Assembly (NCBI GenBank): GCA_028534125.1
Contig: CM052816.1
Coordinates: forward strand, 25,236,001-25,300,000
Reading direction: 5' to 3'
From: Lama glama
Lineage: Eukaryota
DNA: 64,000 bases
This document shows positions 37,200-50,090 of the stretch, in pieces. Each line of letters starts with the position of its first letter. Within the stretch, counting starts at the first letter, position 1. The translations under genes and the position numbers were made by a program. A model generated the notes under the pieces. That model did no database searches, had not been told where the DNA came from, and saw only the letters and a program-made list of their open reading frames with translations.

Positions 37200-38945
37200 T
37201 CCCTCTTTAAATAAATTGTTTTATTGATGTATAAAGGTCATAAGTTACAGTTTAATGAGTTTTCACAAAATGAACTCATCAGTGCAATCATCACCTAGAT
37301 TGATAACTAGAATAATATCCGTACTCAGAAGCTCCCTGTTTGCCTCTCCCACTCACTAGCTCTCTCTTCCACAAAGGTGGACTTCAACTATCATAAATTA
37401 GTTCTACCTGTTTTTGAACTTTGTATAAATGAAACTGTGCAATGTCTTCTATGTTGACCTCTGTCACCCAGTGTAATTTTTGTGGGAGTAATTCATAATG
37501 TTATGTGTAGTTTCATTTGTTTTCATTGCTACATAGTATTCCTTTGTGTAAAAATGCCAAAATTTATTTATTCAACTGTGGTTGGAAATTCTGCTTGTTT
37601 TTCATTTTTGGCAGTTTTTAAAAAGTACCTTTAGGCAACATAATCAAAAATAAATAAATAGGACTGTATCAAACTAAAAAAACTTCTGCACAGCAAAGGA
37701 AATCGTCAACAAAATGAAAAGGCAGCCTACCAAACAGGAGATATTTGCAAATGATATGTCTAACAAGGAGTTAATATCCAAATACATGAAGAATTCACAC
37801 ACTTTGATATTAGAGAAATTAACAATCTGGTTAAATATGGGCAGAGAGTAGATATTTTTCCAAGGAAGACATACAGATGGCAAAACAACACATAAAAAGA
37901 TGCTCAACATCACTAATCATTAAGGAAATACAAATCCAAACCACAATGAGATATTACCTCACACCTGTCAGAATGGCTATTACCCAAAAAAAACCAAAAA
38001 ACAAAAACACAAATAATAAGTGTTGGTGAGATTGTAGAGAAAAGGAACTCTTACACACTATTGGTAGGAAATTGGTGCAGCCAGTATGGAACAATGTAGA
38101 GGTACCTCAAAAAATTAAAAATAGAACTACCACACAATCCAGCAATTCTGCTTCTGAGTATGTATCTGAAGAATGTGAAAACACTCATTCAAAATGATAT
38201 ATGTACCCCTATATTCATTGCAGCATTGATTACAATAACCAAGACATAGAAGCAGTCTAAGTATCCATCTATAGATAAAAAGATGGATATATACAATAAA
38301 AAAAATGAAATCTTGACATTTGTGGGAACATGGATGGAACCTGAGGGTATTATGTTAAGTGAAATTAGTCAGACAGAGAACGACAAATACTATATGGTTT
38401 CACTTATATATGGAATCTAAAAAACAAAACAAATGAACAAAACATAAACAGATTCATAGATACAGAGAACAAACTGGTAGTCGCCAGAGGGGAGTGAGAT
38501 GGTGGATTGGGTGAAATAGGTGAAGAGGATTAAGACATACAAACTTCCAGTTATAAAACTCATGGAGGTATAATGTGAAACACAGGGAAAATAGTCAATA
38601 ATGTTATAATAACTCTGTAGGGCGATAGATGGTTACTTGACTTATCATAGTGATGATTCAAAGATACATAAATGTCAATCATGATGCTGTATACCTGAAA
38701 CTAATATAATCTTGAATGTCAACTATACTTCAATTAAATAAAAAGGAAAAAAGTGCTTCTATGAACATACTTTAATTTGTCTGTGACACACATATTTGTG
38801 CATTTCTGTTGGACATATACCTGGGAGTAGAAATTCTTGATCATAGGTTATATACATATTCAAGTTTAGTAGATACTGCTAGACTAATTTCCAAAGTGGA
38901 TATATCAACAGTGCATAGCTTCCCCAGTTGCTCCACTGTCTCACA
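37200..38945 (-). mobile_element. Old L1 3' end, split into about 37200-37630 and 38750-38945 by a younger L1
   Basis: ttcattgctacatagtattcc before the insert; ctatgaacat...ctgggagtagaaattcttgatcatagg after it. Confidence 0.75.
37633..38747 (+). mobile_element. 5'-truncated L1 (L1MA/artiodactyl type): ORF2 C-terminus, 3'UTR and A-tail
   Basis: aaacttctgcacagcaaaggaaa; ccagcaattctgcttctgagtat; TSD-like aaaaagtacct and aaaaagtgctt. Confidence 0.9.
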
Positions 38946-39059
38946 GTGCAGTAGCAATAAAGTAAAGTAAATTACAAGCACTGTAAGATGTTAAGATAAT
39001 ATAAAATTACATTATATTGTAGTAGTACTTATCTAGAAAGAAACTGAGTACGTTAATAT

Positions 39060-40200
39060 AGAATTTTTCAAATCTAGAATTTTCATTCAGTTTCTTTTAT
39101 CTAGATTCCTTTTCTCGGCATAAAGTCTAAATCTTGTCAATTTGAGATATTAGTCACAGTTATATTAAAATCCATGTGAGAGATAACTCCATTGTCTAGA
39201 TCATCCATGTGGCTCTTTGTGTTGTCTGCTTTTCCTCTTGGTGCTGTCTGTTGGTATGCCTTATAAATTTTGATTGAAGTCTGGATTTTTTAAGAAAAAT
39301 GTAGAGGCTTTAGAAATGGGGCCTTCCTCCAAAAGATTTTCTTTAGGTTCTTGCAGAATGTTAGAGCAGGGCTAGGCCAACCTTATTTAGTTTCCCGTGA
39401 ATTGATTTGTTTTTTTTTTTTTTTTGTCCGGGGAGATAGTTAAGTTTATTCATTAATTTTTAGAGGAGGTCCTGGGGATTGAACTGGGGACCTTGTGTAT
39501 GCTAAGCATGTGCTGTGCCACTTGAGCTTCACCCTCCCTTCTTCCTGTGAATTGATTTGAGACTGAATTTTAGCCTTTTTAGGGATTGATCTATCTAGTC
39601 ATTCAGATGTCTCAACAGAAGGCTAGGCTGTTTACTAGGGTCTTTTGACATTGGTAGGCTCTTAGCTACAATTTATACTTAGGGTTTCAACCTTTTAGCA
39701 ACTGTTTTCTGGTTGGTTCCCCAGACTCTCAGTCTGTTTCACTTATGAATGACAACTGCTTTTGGGGAAAGCAGCTCAGACTGCCTGGTTTACTTCTCTG
39801 TGCTTCCCTTCTCTTCAAAATATTAGCCCCTCAACCTTGAGCTGCCTTGCTAGCCCTGAATATAAAAATTTTTCTCCCCAGGTCCATGAAACTCCTGAAG
39901 GCTATAATCAGCTTCTGTACCTCTTAGTCAATTCATTCTGCTAGATTTATTAGTGTGTCAAGCAACACTGCTTATGAATCAGCAAATGGATTGAGGCAAA
40001 AAGCAGTATGAAATGTCATGTTTCCCTCAATGAGTTTCTCTCCTCCTGGAGATGTTGAGCCGTTAAGCCCTGGCTATTTTAATAGCTCAATAATATTTCA
40101 AACAGGTTACTATTGTATTTTGTCCACTTTTTGTAATTGTTTTTATTATGAAGATTGGTGTGCTTCAAGTTAATTCACCATTACTAGAAGCAGCAGAATT
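39060..40200 (-). mobile_element. Ancient L1 5'-region fragment(s)
   Basis: T-rich degenerate L1-like sequence hosting the SINE at 39410. Confidence 0.4.
39410..39541 (-). mobile_element. tRNA-derived SINE, camelid Vic-1-like
   Basis: Reverse complement is homologous to 5997-6116; poly-T tail; 18-bp TSD ttcc(c/t)gtgaattgatttg at 39392-39409 and 39542-39559. Confidence 0.9.
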
Positions 40201-40391
40201 CCTCTCTTTAATTATCTCTTACAGTGTATGCTAACATTTTTTGCTTTTTCTCTATTTAGGCTGAAAATGGCCTCTCTGGGGCCTCATGACTTCCAAGTCT
40301 AATACTCAACAGACATTGAAGGAAGTCTTGTGTGTCAGTTCCAAATTATCAAGATGAAATCTAGTTGGTTGAGCATTATAACTGACACTGG

Positions 40392-40491
40392 NNNNNNNNN
40401 NNNNNNNNNNNNNNNNNNNNNNNNNNNNNNNNNNNNNNNNNNNNNNNNNNNNNNNNNNNNNNNNNNNNNNNNNNNNNNNNNNNNNNNNNNN
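40392..40491. other. Assembly gap (100 N)
   Basis: Read directly from the sequence. Confidence 1.
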
Positions 40492-41234
40492 GGCAATCTC
40501 CAAAACTCTGTTTCCTAAGAGTTGTTTTTTGGGGTTTTTTGTTTTGTTTTCTTAAAGCAGGGAGCTTCCATGATGTCTTTCCAAATTACAATTCTCAAAA
40601 AAACCTGTATGTGCTTAATCTAGTTTTTGTTATATTTCTGTGGCACATTCAAAACTTCTTGACTAATATGTAAAAAAATTCAACCTCTAGGTTGATAAAA
40701 TTATCTGACACAAAACAGAGTGAGAAAATAACAGGTAGACAATTTTATTCCTCTCACACTTGTATTGCTCAGTTCTGTTGATTCTCTTTAGCAGGTCCTT
40801 GATCTTCGCACACAGCTATGCAGTGGTTCATAGAATTTTGATTTCCTTTGCATTTCCTATTGCTAAACTTTCACCTTGAGAAATGCATCTGTATCAGTTC
40901 CCTTTTTTTTTTTTTTTTTTTTGAAAATGCTGGCTCTCTGCCACATTCATGTCACTGTGCCTGTGCAGGTCTGCACTAGTCTGTAGTCCATGCACTCTGG
41001 CCTGAGTTCCCTAACGTATGTCTTTTGTTCATGGAGGAATACGGGAGGCTTTTCAAATCCTGCTGGGCTGGAAGAATTCCTTCTTAGGTGGCTCCACTTT
41101 GAAAACAGAGAGTCCTTCATTGAAAACAGAAGATCTGCATAAACGCTATTACTAACTTTTGCAATCAGTAGGATATTTTTGATGAGTGAGGCTGGGTTAT
41201 AAAAAGCCATGGTCGTGTTTGTATTTCTCTTTCC

Positions 41235-41570
41235 ACACTCACTCTGGGGGAAGCTAGCAGTCATGACATGAGACTACTCAAGAAGCCCTGTGAAGAAGGC
41301 ATATGGCCTTCTCCCAACAATCAGTGAGAAACTGGAAGGCCTGCTGTCAGTAGTTAAGCTAGTGAATCTTCCAGCCCCAGTCCAACCTTAGAAGTCACTG
41401 TAAACCCAGTGGGCATCTTAGTTGCAACACCGTTAGATATCTCAAGCCAGAACCACCCAGAGAAGCCACCTCGATTTTCTGATCAACAGACACTGTGATA
41501 TAATGCATCTTTATTGATAAGTCACTCATTTAGGGGGTATTTCGTTGTGTAGCAATAGATAACTGATACG
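41235..41570 (+). mobile_element. MaLR LTR (MLT1E/F-like), partial
   Basis: agccagaaccacccag...ttgtgtagcaatagataactgatac MLT1 3' terminus. Confidence 0.8.
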
Positions 41571-41789
41571 ATTTCCGAAGGACCAGGGCCAGTAATGTTG
41601 AAACATTGTGAACAAAACAGAGAATGGTGAAAGATTAATTTGAGGAGAGGTTTGTGGGCAGATTATTACACAGGGAACTACAGACTATGACAAGGAATTA
41701 AATTGTATTACAAATTCAATTGAAGGTCATCATAAAGTTTTAAGTATAGGATTAACATACTGAGGAGAAAGAGAAATAAAGCAAATTTA

Positions 41790-43290
41790 ACTGTTCATTC
41801 ATTCATTTAGCAAATATTTGTTGAATGCATATTTAAAGCAGATTTTGAGCTAGGTACTTGTGACAGAATGATGAACAAGATACATACAATACCTCCTTTA
41901 TAGAATTTGCATTTCAGCGTGATGCAGGAAAAAACAGATGTGGGGCATGCGGTGGGCCATGTCCCAAGTTACCATTAAGCCCCCAGGACGTGCCCCGCCA
42001 AGTGTGGGTCCTTGGCTGTACGCAGGAAAGAATTCAAGAGCAAGCCACAGTTGAGTAAAGGTAGATTTATTTAGAAAGACACACTGAAAGGCAAGAGAAA
42101 GACCATGAGATGTGGGGGTTGCATGCTCAGATTAGAGTAAAAGTAGGTACACGCTCCACAGACACGTGCCAGCGGTCAAATGGAGAGAGAGAGTCAGTGG
42201 CCATGAGGCACATGTTGCCAATTTTTATGGGCTCAGTGGCTTCATATGCTAATAAGTCAAGAATCAGTCTAACTAGCCTGGGGAAGGGGCTGGGATTCCC
42301 AGAAAGTTGGCCATTTCTGACTCTTTGACCTTTTGTGGCTAGCCTTGGGACTGTCATGGCGCCTGTGGGCATGTTATTCACCATGCTAATATGTTACAAT
42401 AGGCATATAATGAAGCTCAAGTTCTACTAGAAGTTAAATCTCCCACTATCTTGAGCCTCAAGGCCTACTGGGGGTTGAATCTTTCACTATTTTGATGTTA
42501 ATTGCTGTAGCATTGTTTGGATGGCTGTGCCCAGCCCCCTTCCTGTCTCAGATGTTCACAGCAGTAACTAATAGACAAACTGAAAGTAAAACAAATTTAG
42601 ATTGTGACAGATTGTGAAGGGTGAGTGGTAGTAGAAGGAATAGCATGATGGGACAGTGTTAGATGAAAGAAACTGCTTTGAAGTCAGTAAAGATGATAAG
42701 ATTCAAGTCTATCCCTCCATACCTTGAGGAAGAGAAGGCAGTAGGTATGGAAAAGTAGATGATAACTATCTTCAGGCATCTTGAAAGGGTCTGAAGTGGG
42801 AAAGAATTTAACAAAATAGAAAAGAAGAAAAGCTAGTGTGGTCAGAGCAATACAAGCAAACAGAGGGTAGGGTGAAATATGCTTGGGGAACTAGGCAGCA
42901 GTCAGATCATATAAAGCCCCAGAGATCATAGAACGGAGTTTGGACGGTAGTGTAAATGCACTGAATAACTGCTGGAAGTTTTTAGACAGGTAAGTATTAA
43001 GATCAGATTTATATTTTAAGAATCATTTGATGCTATGTGAAGAAGACTTTTAAAAACATTTTATATAAAATATAAACATTTTTAAGAAATATATAAAGTA
43101 TTCAATTTTATATTTTGAAGGGGGCAGGAGAAAAAGCAGGAAGATTAGTTAGTGGCTTGTGGAGTAAGTCTGGCTAGAGAACATTTGTCCTAGATTAGGC
43201 TGATGGCAGTCTACATAAAGAGAAGTAGATGGATCAGATGGATGCAGGGTGTATTTTGGAAATAGCTGTTGGAATTGCTGCTAGATGAGG
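41790..43290 (-). mobile_element. L2 3' region split by a solo LTR
   Basis: ttcattcattcatttagcaaatatttgttgaatg tail; L2 continues after 42554 (cagtcagatcatataaagccc, gatcagatttatattttaag). Confidence 0.7.
41941..42550 (-). mobile_element. Intact 610-bp ERV1-type solo LTR
   Basis: TG...CA termini; perfect 4-bp TSD GATG at 41937-41940 and 42551-42554; minus-strand AATAAA at 42066-42071. Confidence 0.85.
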
Positions 43291-44962
43291 ATGGGAGGAT
43301 GGTTTAGTGATTCCAACAGGCTCTCTTTGCCTTTACAATTTGATGGCATGAGTTGTTTTCCTGCCTAAGGAATTATATGGCAAGTATTTTAAATGCTTTT
43401 AAAACTGAAAACCAATATAAATTAATTTTGTTCTTAATTGCTAAAAACATTTATAATACCTCTTGAAATCATTAACAAAATAAGGAATTACTGAATTAGT
43501 AGGTGATGCTAATTCTTTGACCTTGCCTAAGGTATCTAAGAAAAGAAGGAGAAAGTATATATGATAATGTGTAATAATAAATCCTTCAGATAAAAAAATG
43601 CCAGCAAGGTCTGATGGAGCAAATATAATGAGAATGATCTTCTGATGTGGACCTCTATTTAAAAATTAGATGCCGAAGTCCTTGTTTGCATGCACTTGTG
43701 CATTTATATGTATTTATTTATTATGTATGTAGATACTTTATATGCATTATATGTGCTTGTATTTTTGCTATGATCAGAAAGTCTCATTGCTTTCCTGTCC
43801 ACTCCTCATACAATTTTAATGTTGTCTTTTATATTATACTTAGTACGTTATTTGCACTTTAGCTCTCCCCTCCCAATTTCTTTAAAGGAAAAAAATCAGT
43901 CAGTTTAGGTGGTTTTTATTGTATTTCTTAATCCATTATATTGTTTTCTCTAAGAATAATATCTATTTTGTCAAGTGAATTACTTAGAGATTGCTGGTAA
44001 GTAGCTGAAATATTAGATATTATGCTTCTTTCTAGGCATTTGTTCAAGTTGATTTCCACAACTCTGCCTTGTCCTTGCATTTGAAATATCTCATCCTCTT
44101 AGTTGAAGCATGTATATTAAGCCACATTGTAGTTAAGGAAGCATAGAGTCTGCAGAGGTGTGTGCCTTGTGGTAATACTTTTCTCTTTTCTCCCAGGGCT
44201 GTTCTTTACAAATTTTGTAAGGCAGGAGATGAAAGGAAAATCTCTGCTTGGCAATCTGGAAGCAACATGAAACTTGTGGTGTGAAATCACAGCCACTCTA
44301 TTCTTATTTCCAATAGAAATCAGTTCTATGTGTTTTTTTACCCCTTCAGTGATATTAATTTTATTGATTACTTGATTCCATTCTTCTCTGACATTTTATT
44401 CTTGTTCATCCATCTGCTTCCTTTTACTGTCCATAACTCACAAACTGTATGTCTTCGTGGACTCAGCTCCCATCTCCACTCTATCCTTATCTAATTTTAC
44501 TCTTTTCTTATCTGTTATTCCTGATTTTCATAACTACAATCCAAGATGTGTGTATACGTAGTCATATGTGTACATGTGCAAAGGTGTACAGGTGGAAGAA
44601 TTATTATGTATCAGTGAGACTGTAAATAAATTGATTTCTCACACTTTCTTCTTTCCCCCTCCCTAAGCATTGTATTCCTTATAGCCTTTTTTAGCCTCTC
44701 CTAGAATGCAACCACACACTCAGCCTTAATACTCTTGATTGTGAATAGCAGATTTTTAAGGATGAGAGCTCTACAGTGAGAAACAGGGAGCTTTCCAGCC
44801 CTGGGGACTTTCATTACCACCTGGGAATAGCATCAGTTACCAGAGATGGATGAGAGGAGCAGGATTTCTAGCAGTTCTCAGAGAAAATTGCTGAAGTACA
44901 CAATCATGCTGGGGGCTAGAACATGTTCTCTGTGGATAAGAGCTATTCATTTAGGGTAGCTC

Positions 44963-45015
44963 TTTTTTCTTTTCTTTTCTTTTCTTTTCTTTTCTTTTCT
45001 TTTCTTTTCTTTTCT
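44963..45015. repeat. (TTTTC)n microsatellite, about 10 units, at the tail of a minus-strand L1 fragment (about 45020-45280)
   Basis: Read directly from the sequence. Confidence 0.9.
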
Positions 45016-46389
45016 TCCTTATGATAGATGCACATTCAGGAGAATGTGATATATATGTATCACATATATTTATATTTGTTTGCATATAAATTTGAAGAAA
45101 AATAATACACTTACTGACTATGTAACCACAATCCAGTTTGAGAAATAGAATAGTCTGCTTCTTAAGAAATCCCTTTGTATCCTATCTCAGCACATCCTGC
45201 CTTCTCCTCTAGGGTAACCAATAGCCTAAATTTTGTATTTATAATCTCCTTACTTTTCTGTAAAGTTTTATCATCTATAAATTGGCAAAGGCTCCAAAGG
45301 AAAAAGCAGTGCAAAATGCCATTTTCACCTTAATGAGCTTTCCTCCTCTTCAGGATATTTACCCTTCACGTCTTTTTTGCTTGGTTGGTTTTTACGTAGC
45401 TCTTTCAGTCATTTTTGTTAGGACAGTTGGCTTTACAGGAGCTAGTCCGTCAACTCTATAGGCAGAATTACTTCTATATTTAACTAATAATATGAAAAGT
45501 GCAGTGTGACATGCAGAAACCTGAACCCAGGCTGGGAGGCTTCTTATATGACAGAACACAGTAGACGTTTCAAGGCTCACTGGGGAGGGAGGAGAAGGGG
45601 CATTTTAGGCAGGTGGCATCAGGCAAAGCAGTGAGGGTGTGGAATGACTTGATGTCACTGGGGAAAGGTGAAGAGTCTCCCTCTTCTGCATCCCTCTTTC
45701 TTTTGAGTGCTGAGGCCAGTTCAAAGTTGTCTTGAAAGCTTGAGTAACAGCCCTTTCTTTAAGAGATGAAGAATCAAATTTGTGTTAAAGGAGGCCAAGA
45801 TAAATAGTACGTCAGTATGAACAGTATGTCACTTCCAGGCTCTCTTTTAAAAACTCCTCCTGTGCTGTCTTTCCCAGGCGAACTTTCAGTGTTGTATGGC
45901 ATGCTTCTGGAATAGTTGTTGTAGCCACGTGCCTAGCCTCGCTCTACCAGGACAGTCTGCTCTGCATCAGCTCTCTTGCCTCAAGGAGTTCATCATCTAG
46001 TTAGGGAGCGAAGATCTAAATACATGACAAGTCAGTTCACTTTAACAATGACTCGTGAACACCTGCTATGTCTGGGATGGCACTAACTCCCGTGCTACAA
46101 GATGGACAGGATGTGTACATGTATGTCAGGAAATGTGTACAATGTGTAATGTGTTCTTATCTGGAGATAAGAACAAAAAACTGGAAACAGGAAAAATTTC
46201 TGTCAGTGGGAAATAAATAAACTAGGATATAAACATTCAACAGAATCTTACAAACAAGACAAAATTAATTTATTCTCTTTGAATATGTCTACATGGATGC
46301 GTGGCAGAGATACGATGCTGACTAAGAAAAAAAGTTGTTACCTTTTACATAAACCTTGACTGCACACATATATACAAACTTTTGTACTG

Positions 46390-46610
46390 CTAATAATGAT
46401 AGCTAATATTTCTGCAGAGCTTAACATGGGCCCTTAAAGACACTTACATGCATTTTATTCTCACAGTCACCATGTGAGTTAGACTCTGCTATTAACCCTA
46501 TTTTTTCAAATGAGGAAACTGAGAAGTTTCATAATTTGCCCAAAGTCACATGGTCCAAAGTGGCTGAGCTGACTCTAGAGTCCTCTTCCGTGCCATGCTG
46601 CACTGCCTCA
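46390..46610 (-). mobile_element. MIR, apparently within an old L1ME-like fragment (about 46130-46860)
   Basis: attttttcaaatgaggaaactgagaag...tttgcccaaagtcaca. Confidence 0.8.
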
Positions 46611-46929
46611 GGAAAGCCTGACACTCTTGATGGGCGCGGTATTCACCAGTTTCTTGATAATGCTTACCTCTTAGAGGGCAGAAGGAGAGTGGAATAAATG
46701 ATAGGATTTTTATTCTGGGAATAGCATATTATTTTTGAAAAATAAGACCTATAGCAAACTTCACATGATATTAAAATTTGCTTTATCTCTTGTCTCATAT
46801 TAATTTTTCCTACTTTTCTGTTTATTTAAAAAATGCAATAAATTATTTTTTTTAAATAAGAAAGGGACTTCATGTCTGGTAAGAGAGATAACTATGAAAA
46901 TAAAACCTATTTCGGTGCAATGTTATTGC

Positions 46930-47095
46930 TATAATTAGCAAAACAATTAGAGCACTTGAATGTTTACAAAACATTATTACCTCATACGTATACAGCCTTG
47001 GGTAGTGGGTATGACCAGTGTTTAAAATTTTTACATATAAGCAAACTGAAGCTGAGAGAGGTTAAGTAACTCACTAAGTCTGTGCAATGATTGGT
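46930..47095 (-). mobile_element. MIR fragment
   Basis: aaactgaagctgagagaggttaagtaactcactaag. Confidence 0.65.
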
Positions 47096-47411
47096 CATTG
47101 ATAAGCCGTTTTTGTTGTCTTATCAAGTGATGATAACAAGAGCTCTCCTCTCATTAAGAATAGTCCAGAAACACACCAGGCATTAGAAAGTGCCTCGGGG
47201 GAGAGCATTCCAGTGAACAAGACACTAACTCCCCCATCCATTTTTATACCAAAATGAATGCTTCCTTTTCTCTTCTTTATCAAAAATCGTGAATTAAAGC
47301 CTGAGGATCAGCTCTGAGACCTTTCCTTTCCCCGCTCTCTGCCAGGACTACCACCACAACAGAATGAGAAGGGGTTTGGATGAGGCACCCTTGTCTTCCT
47401 GCTGTATTATA

Positions 47412-47520
47412 GACCTGTGCTGTTCACATGTGGCTACTGAGCACTTAAAATGGGGCTGGTGTGACTGAGGAATTGAAAATAAAATTCTACCTAATTTAAA
47501 TGTAAAAACTGAAGCAGTAT
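47412..47520. mobile_element. MER3/MER33-type hAT-Charlie fragment
   Basis: cacatgtggctactgagcacttaaaatggggctggtgtgactgaggaattgaa. Confidence 0.75.
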
Positions 47521-48499
47521 AAAATAGTGTATTTTTCAAAAAATGCAACTTTATTATTTTAAGACATTTCACTTTAACATGTGCTTCATGTAAGATAACC
47601 TTATTCCCTTATAGTGCCCATGTCAGACTTGTTTCTAGTTTTACAGAAAAACATATCACCCTTTGAGTCAGGTTTTGTCAGATCTAGTCAATGTGGATTG
47701 ATTCAGTTTAAATGACTTTTTTTACGCCCAGATGTATCATTATCATGTGTTTGAATATTTTATGTAAACAGTACAAGTTACAGTGATACCTACAATGCAC
47801 AATTTATTTAATTCAACATTAATATGAAACTTTAACATACCTACTCTGTTTCAATTTTGTAAATTTTCCTTCCCAGTAATGTGCTTCATATGGAATTGTT
47901 AGCACCTGATTACATTTCATATCTTGAATACTTAATTTTTTCAGAATACTGATACCCCCCCCCCAATAATTTTGCTTTGAAAGCTTAATAAAAAAGCATT
48001 TAGGGTCTTATTAAAGTTAGAAAGTTAAAAAAAGACTCAATCCCCAGACCTGGCTTAACAGTCTTTCCCCTGTTCCTTGAAAAGCTATAGAAGATAAATG
48101 TGGGTTACGTGGACATAATAGGGCCAGAAATTCTCCACTTAGACTCTAGGAAGAGTAGGAGACCAAGTAGCTTTGCATATCACAGAAATGCAAGCTGGAA
48201 GTTTGGAGGTGACTCTGCCTGAGTGCGGAAAGGTGGAAATAATCCATGAGCCTGAATCTTGTGGAGAGGACTAAGCTACCCCTTCCCTTCCTAATGAAGC
48301 AGGGAAATGGGCCCTGCTCCCCACCTCTTAGCTTAGCCTTAATGGAAATATATATAGCTGTTCACCACTTACCTATCTTCCACCCTTGTACATACTCTAG
48401 AGCAGTTGGGAGCTTGGAATTTCTAGAGCTGGAGTTGGGGGGCTGTGCTCTCATATAGGCTTCTGTGAGCCTGTTTATCTCCCACCCAAGTGAAATCAA

Positions 48500-50090
48500 C
48501 TCATGCTTAATGGCCCTGATCACAGAGTCTCTAACTACCCTTCTGTCTCAACACCAGAGAGGTTGCAGACAGTTCTGTGTGAGCAGTACCTCTTTGTGAA
48601 TGTGTGTATGGTAACCATGGCTATCTACTGGACACTGTGGACCCAGGGTGGGAGTGGTGGTAAAGGAATGCCTCTTCTCTGCTTTTCTTTCCCCAGGTGG
48701 GGAAGGCCTAAGGGAAGAAGGAACAGAGGAAAGGTTTTAGCAAAGAGAGGAGGGAAAGGAGAACATGCTATTTACAAGCTTGGACTACATCTTCAAGTAG
48801 TATGCAGGTCATTCTCCAGCCATTAGATGGGAACTGAATTCAAACCTAGGGCCATGATAATTGATTTCTGGGTAAGGCCAGCCTTGCATCCCATGACAGT
48901 TTAGTTCAGAAGGGGTTCATGGACAGGAACTTTCTCCTGAAAAGTTAACCAGTGACTAGTGGACATAGAATAGGGTAAGCACTGTTTGGGTGTGTATGTT
49001 TTGGAGGTGGAAGGGATATCACTGTGATGTGCAGGAGGTTAGAGCCTAGGAATAGGGTAGATACTGCTCAGAGATCTGTTGTGTCAGTCATTGTGGAAAG
49101 TAACTTTATGAGATAATGATTTATCTCCACTCGGTGGGTACCTGGGGGATGGGAACCCTCTCCGTAGAATATCTTCATCAGGCCTCCTTGATGACATCAT
49201 TGCAGACCACAGGATTGTCTTAGCCACCAAAAGTAGAAATGTTCATGATGAAGACATGCAGTGCCTAGAGAAACAATAGGGCAAAGAGCAAGGAAGAGGC
49301 TGGGTTTAGCATGAGTGGGAAAGGAAGCAAAAGCATGAAAAGAGGAAACAATGGACCACGTTGTGGGAAGGAATAGAAATGTTCCCATCATCCGTTATAA
49401 TCCCTCTTCCCTATACAGATTCACACAAACCCCAATTCAAGCTCCATCTCCTTCAGTCTGATCAGGGGACTATAGAATACATTGGTGTCATCTTAGCAAA
49501 AGTGTTCATGGACTTTTCCTGTAGCACATATCTGCATGGATATCAAGCATGGCCTTGCCCACCCTGGTGCAGCAGACCTTAATGACTTCTGTCAGTCATG
49601 CTTGATTATGATGTGCAGATTTTATCTCTGATACAAACAGTTTAACTATTAGAATGGGGTACCATATTGTGATCTTCATTGATTTGGCAGAGCCTTGGAG
49701 ATGTCCTCCAGGTACATCCACCACATATGCCCCACAGGTGAATCCTGTACCCTGTGCCAAAGATTCAACCCACTGAAGCCTGACTAGCCAAGGTTACCAA
49801 ATGAGTCCTCATCTTCAGTGGTGCCATGGCATCTGGATCACAGCAATTGAAATAGTTGAAGGACCAACTGAAACAGCTACATACAAAGAATAGTTTGATG
49901 AGGTTGACAGAAGGAGACAAAAGGGGTGGAGGGATCCCTAGGAAAGCTGTAGTGAAAGGAGACACTAAAGCCATGTGATAACCTCCACTGGACTGGGCTC
50001 TAGGCCAAAACGGGTGGAGAGATAAGGGGTAGTAAACTTCACTCTGGCACCATTCCACTCTCTCCATCCTGCCCTAGATCTCATAACACA
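48500..50090 (+). mobile_element. Possible ancient LTR-retroelement internal fragment (Gypsy/ERVL pol-like)
   Basis: Frameshifted RT-like motifs in the expected order at about 49545-49765; GC-richer than the flanks. Confidence 0.35.
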
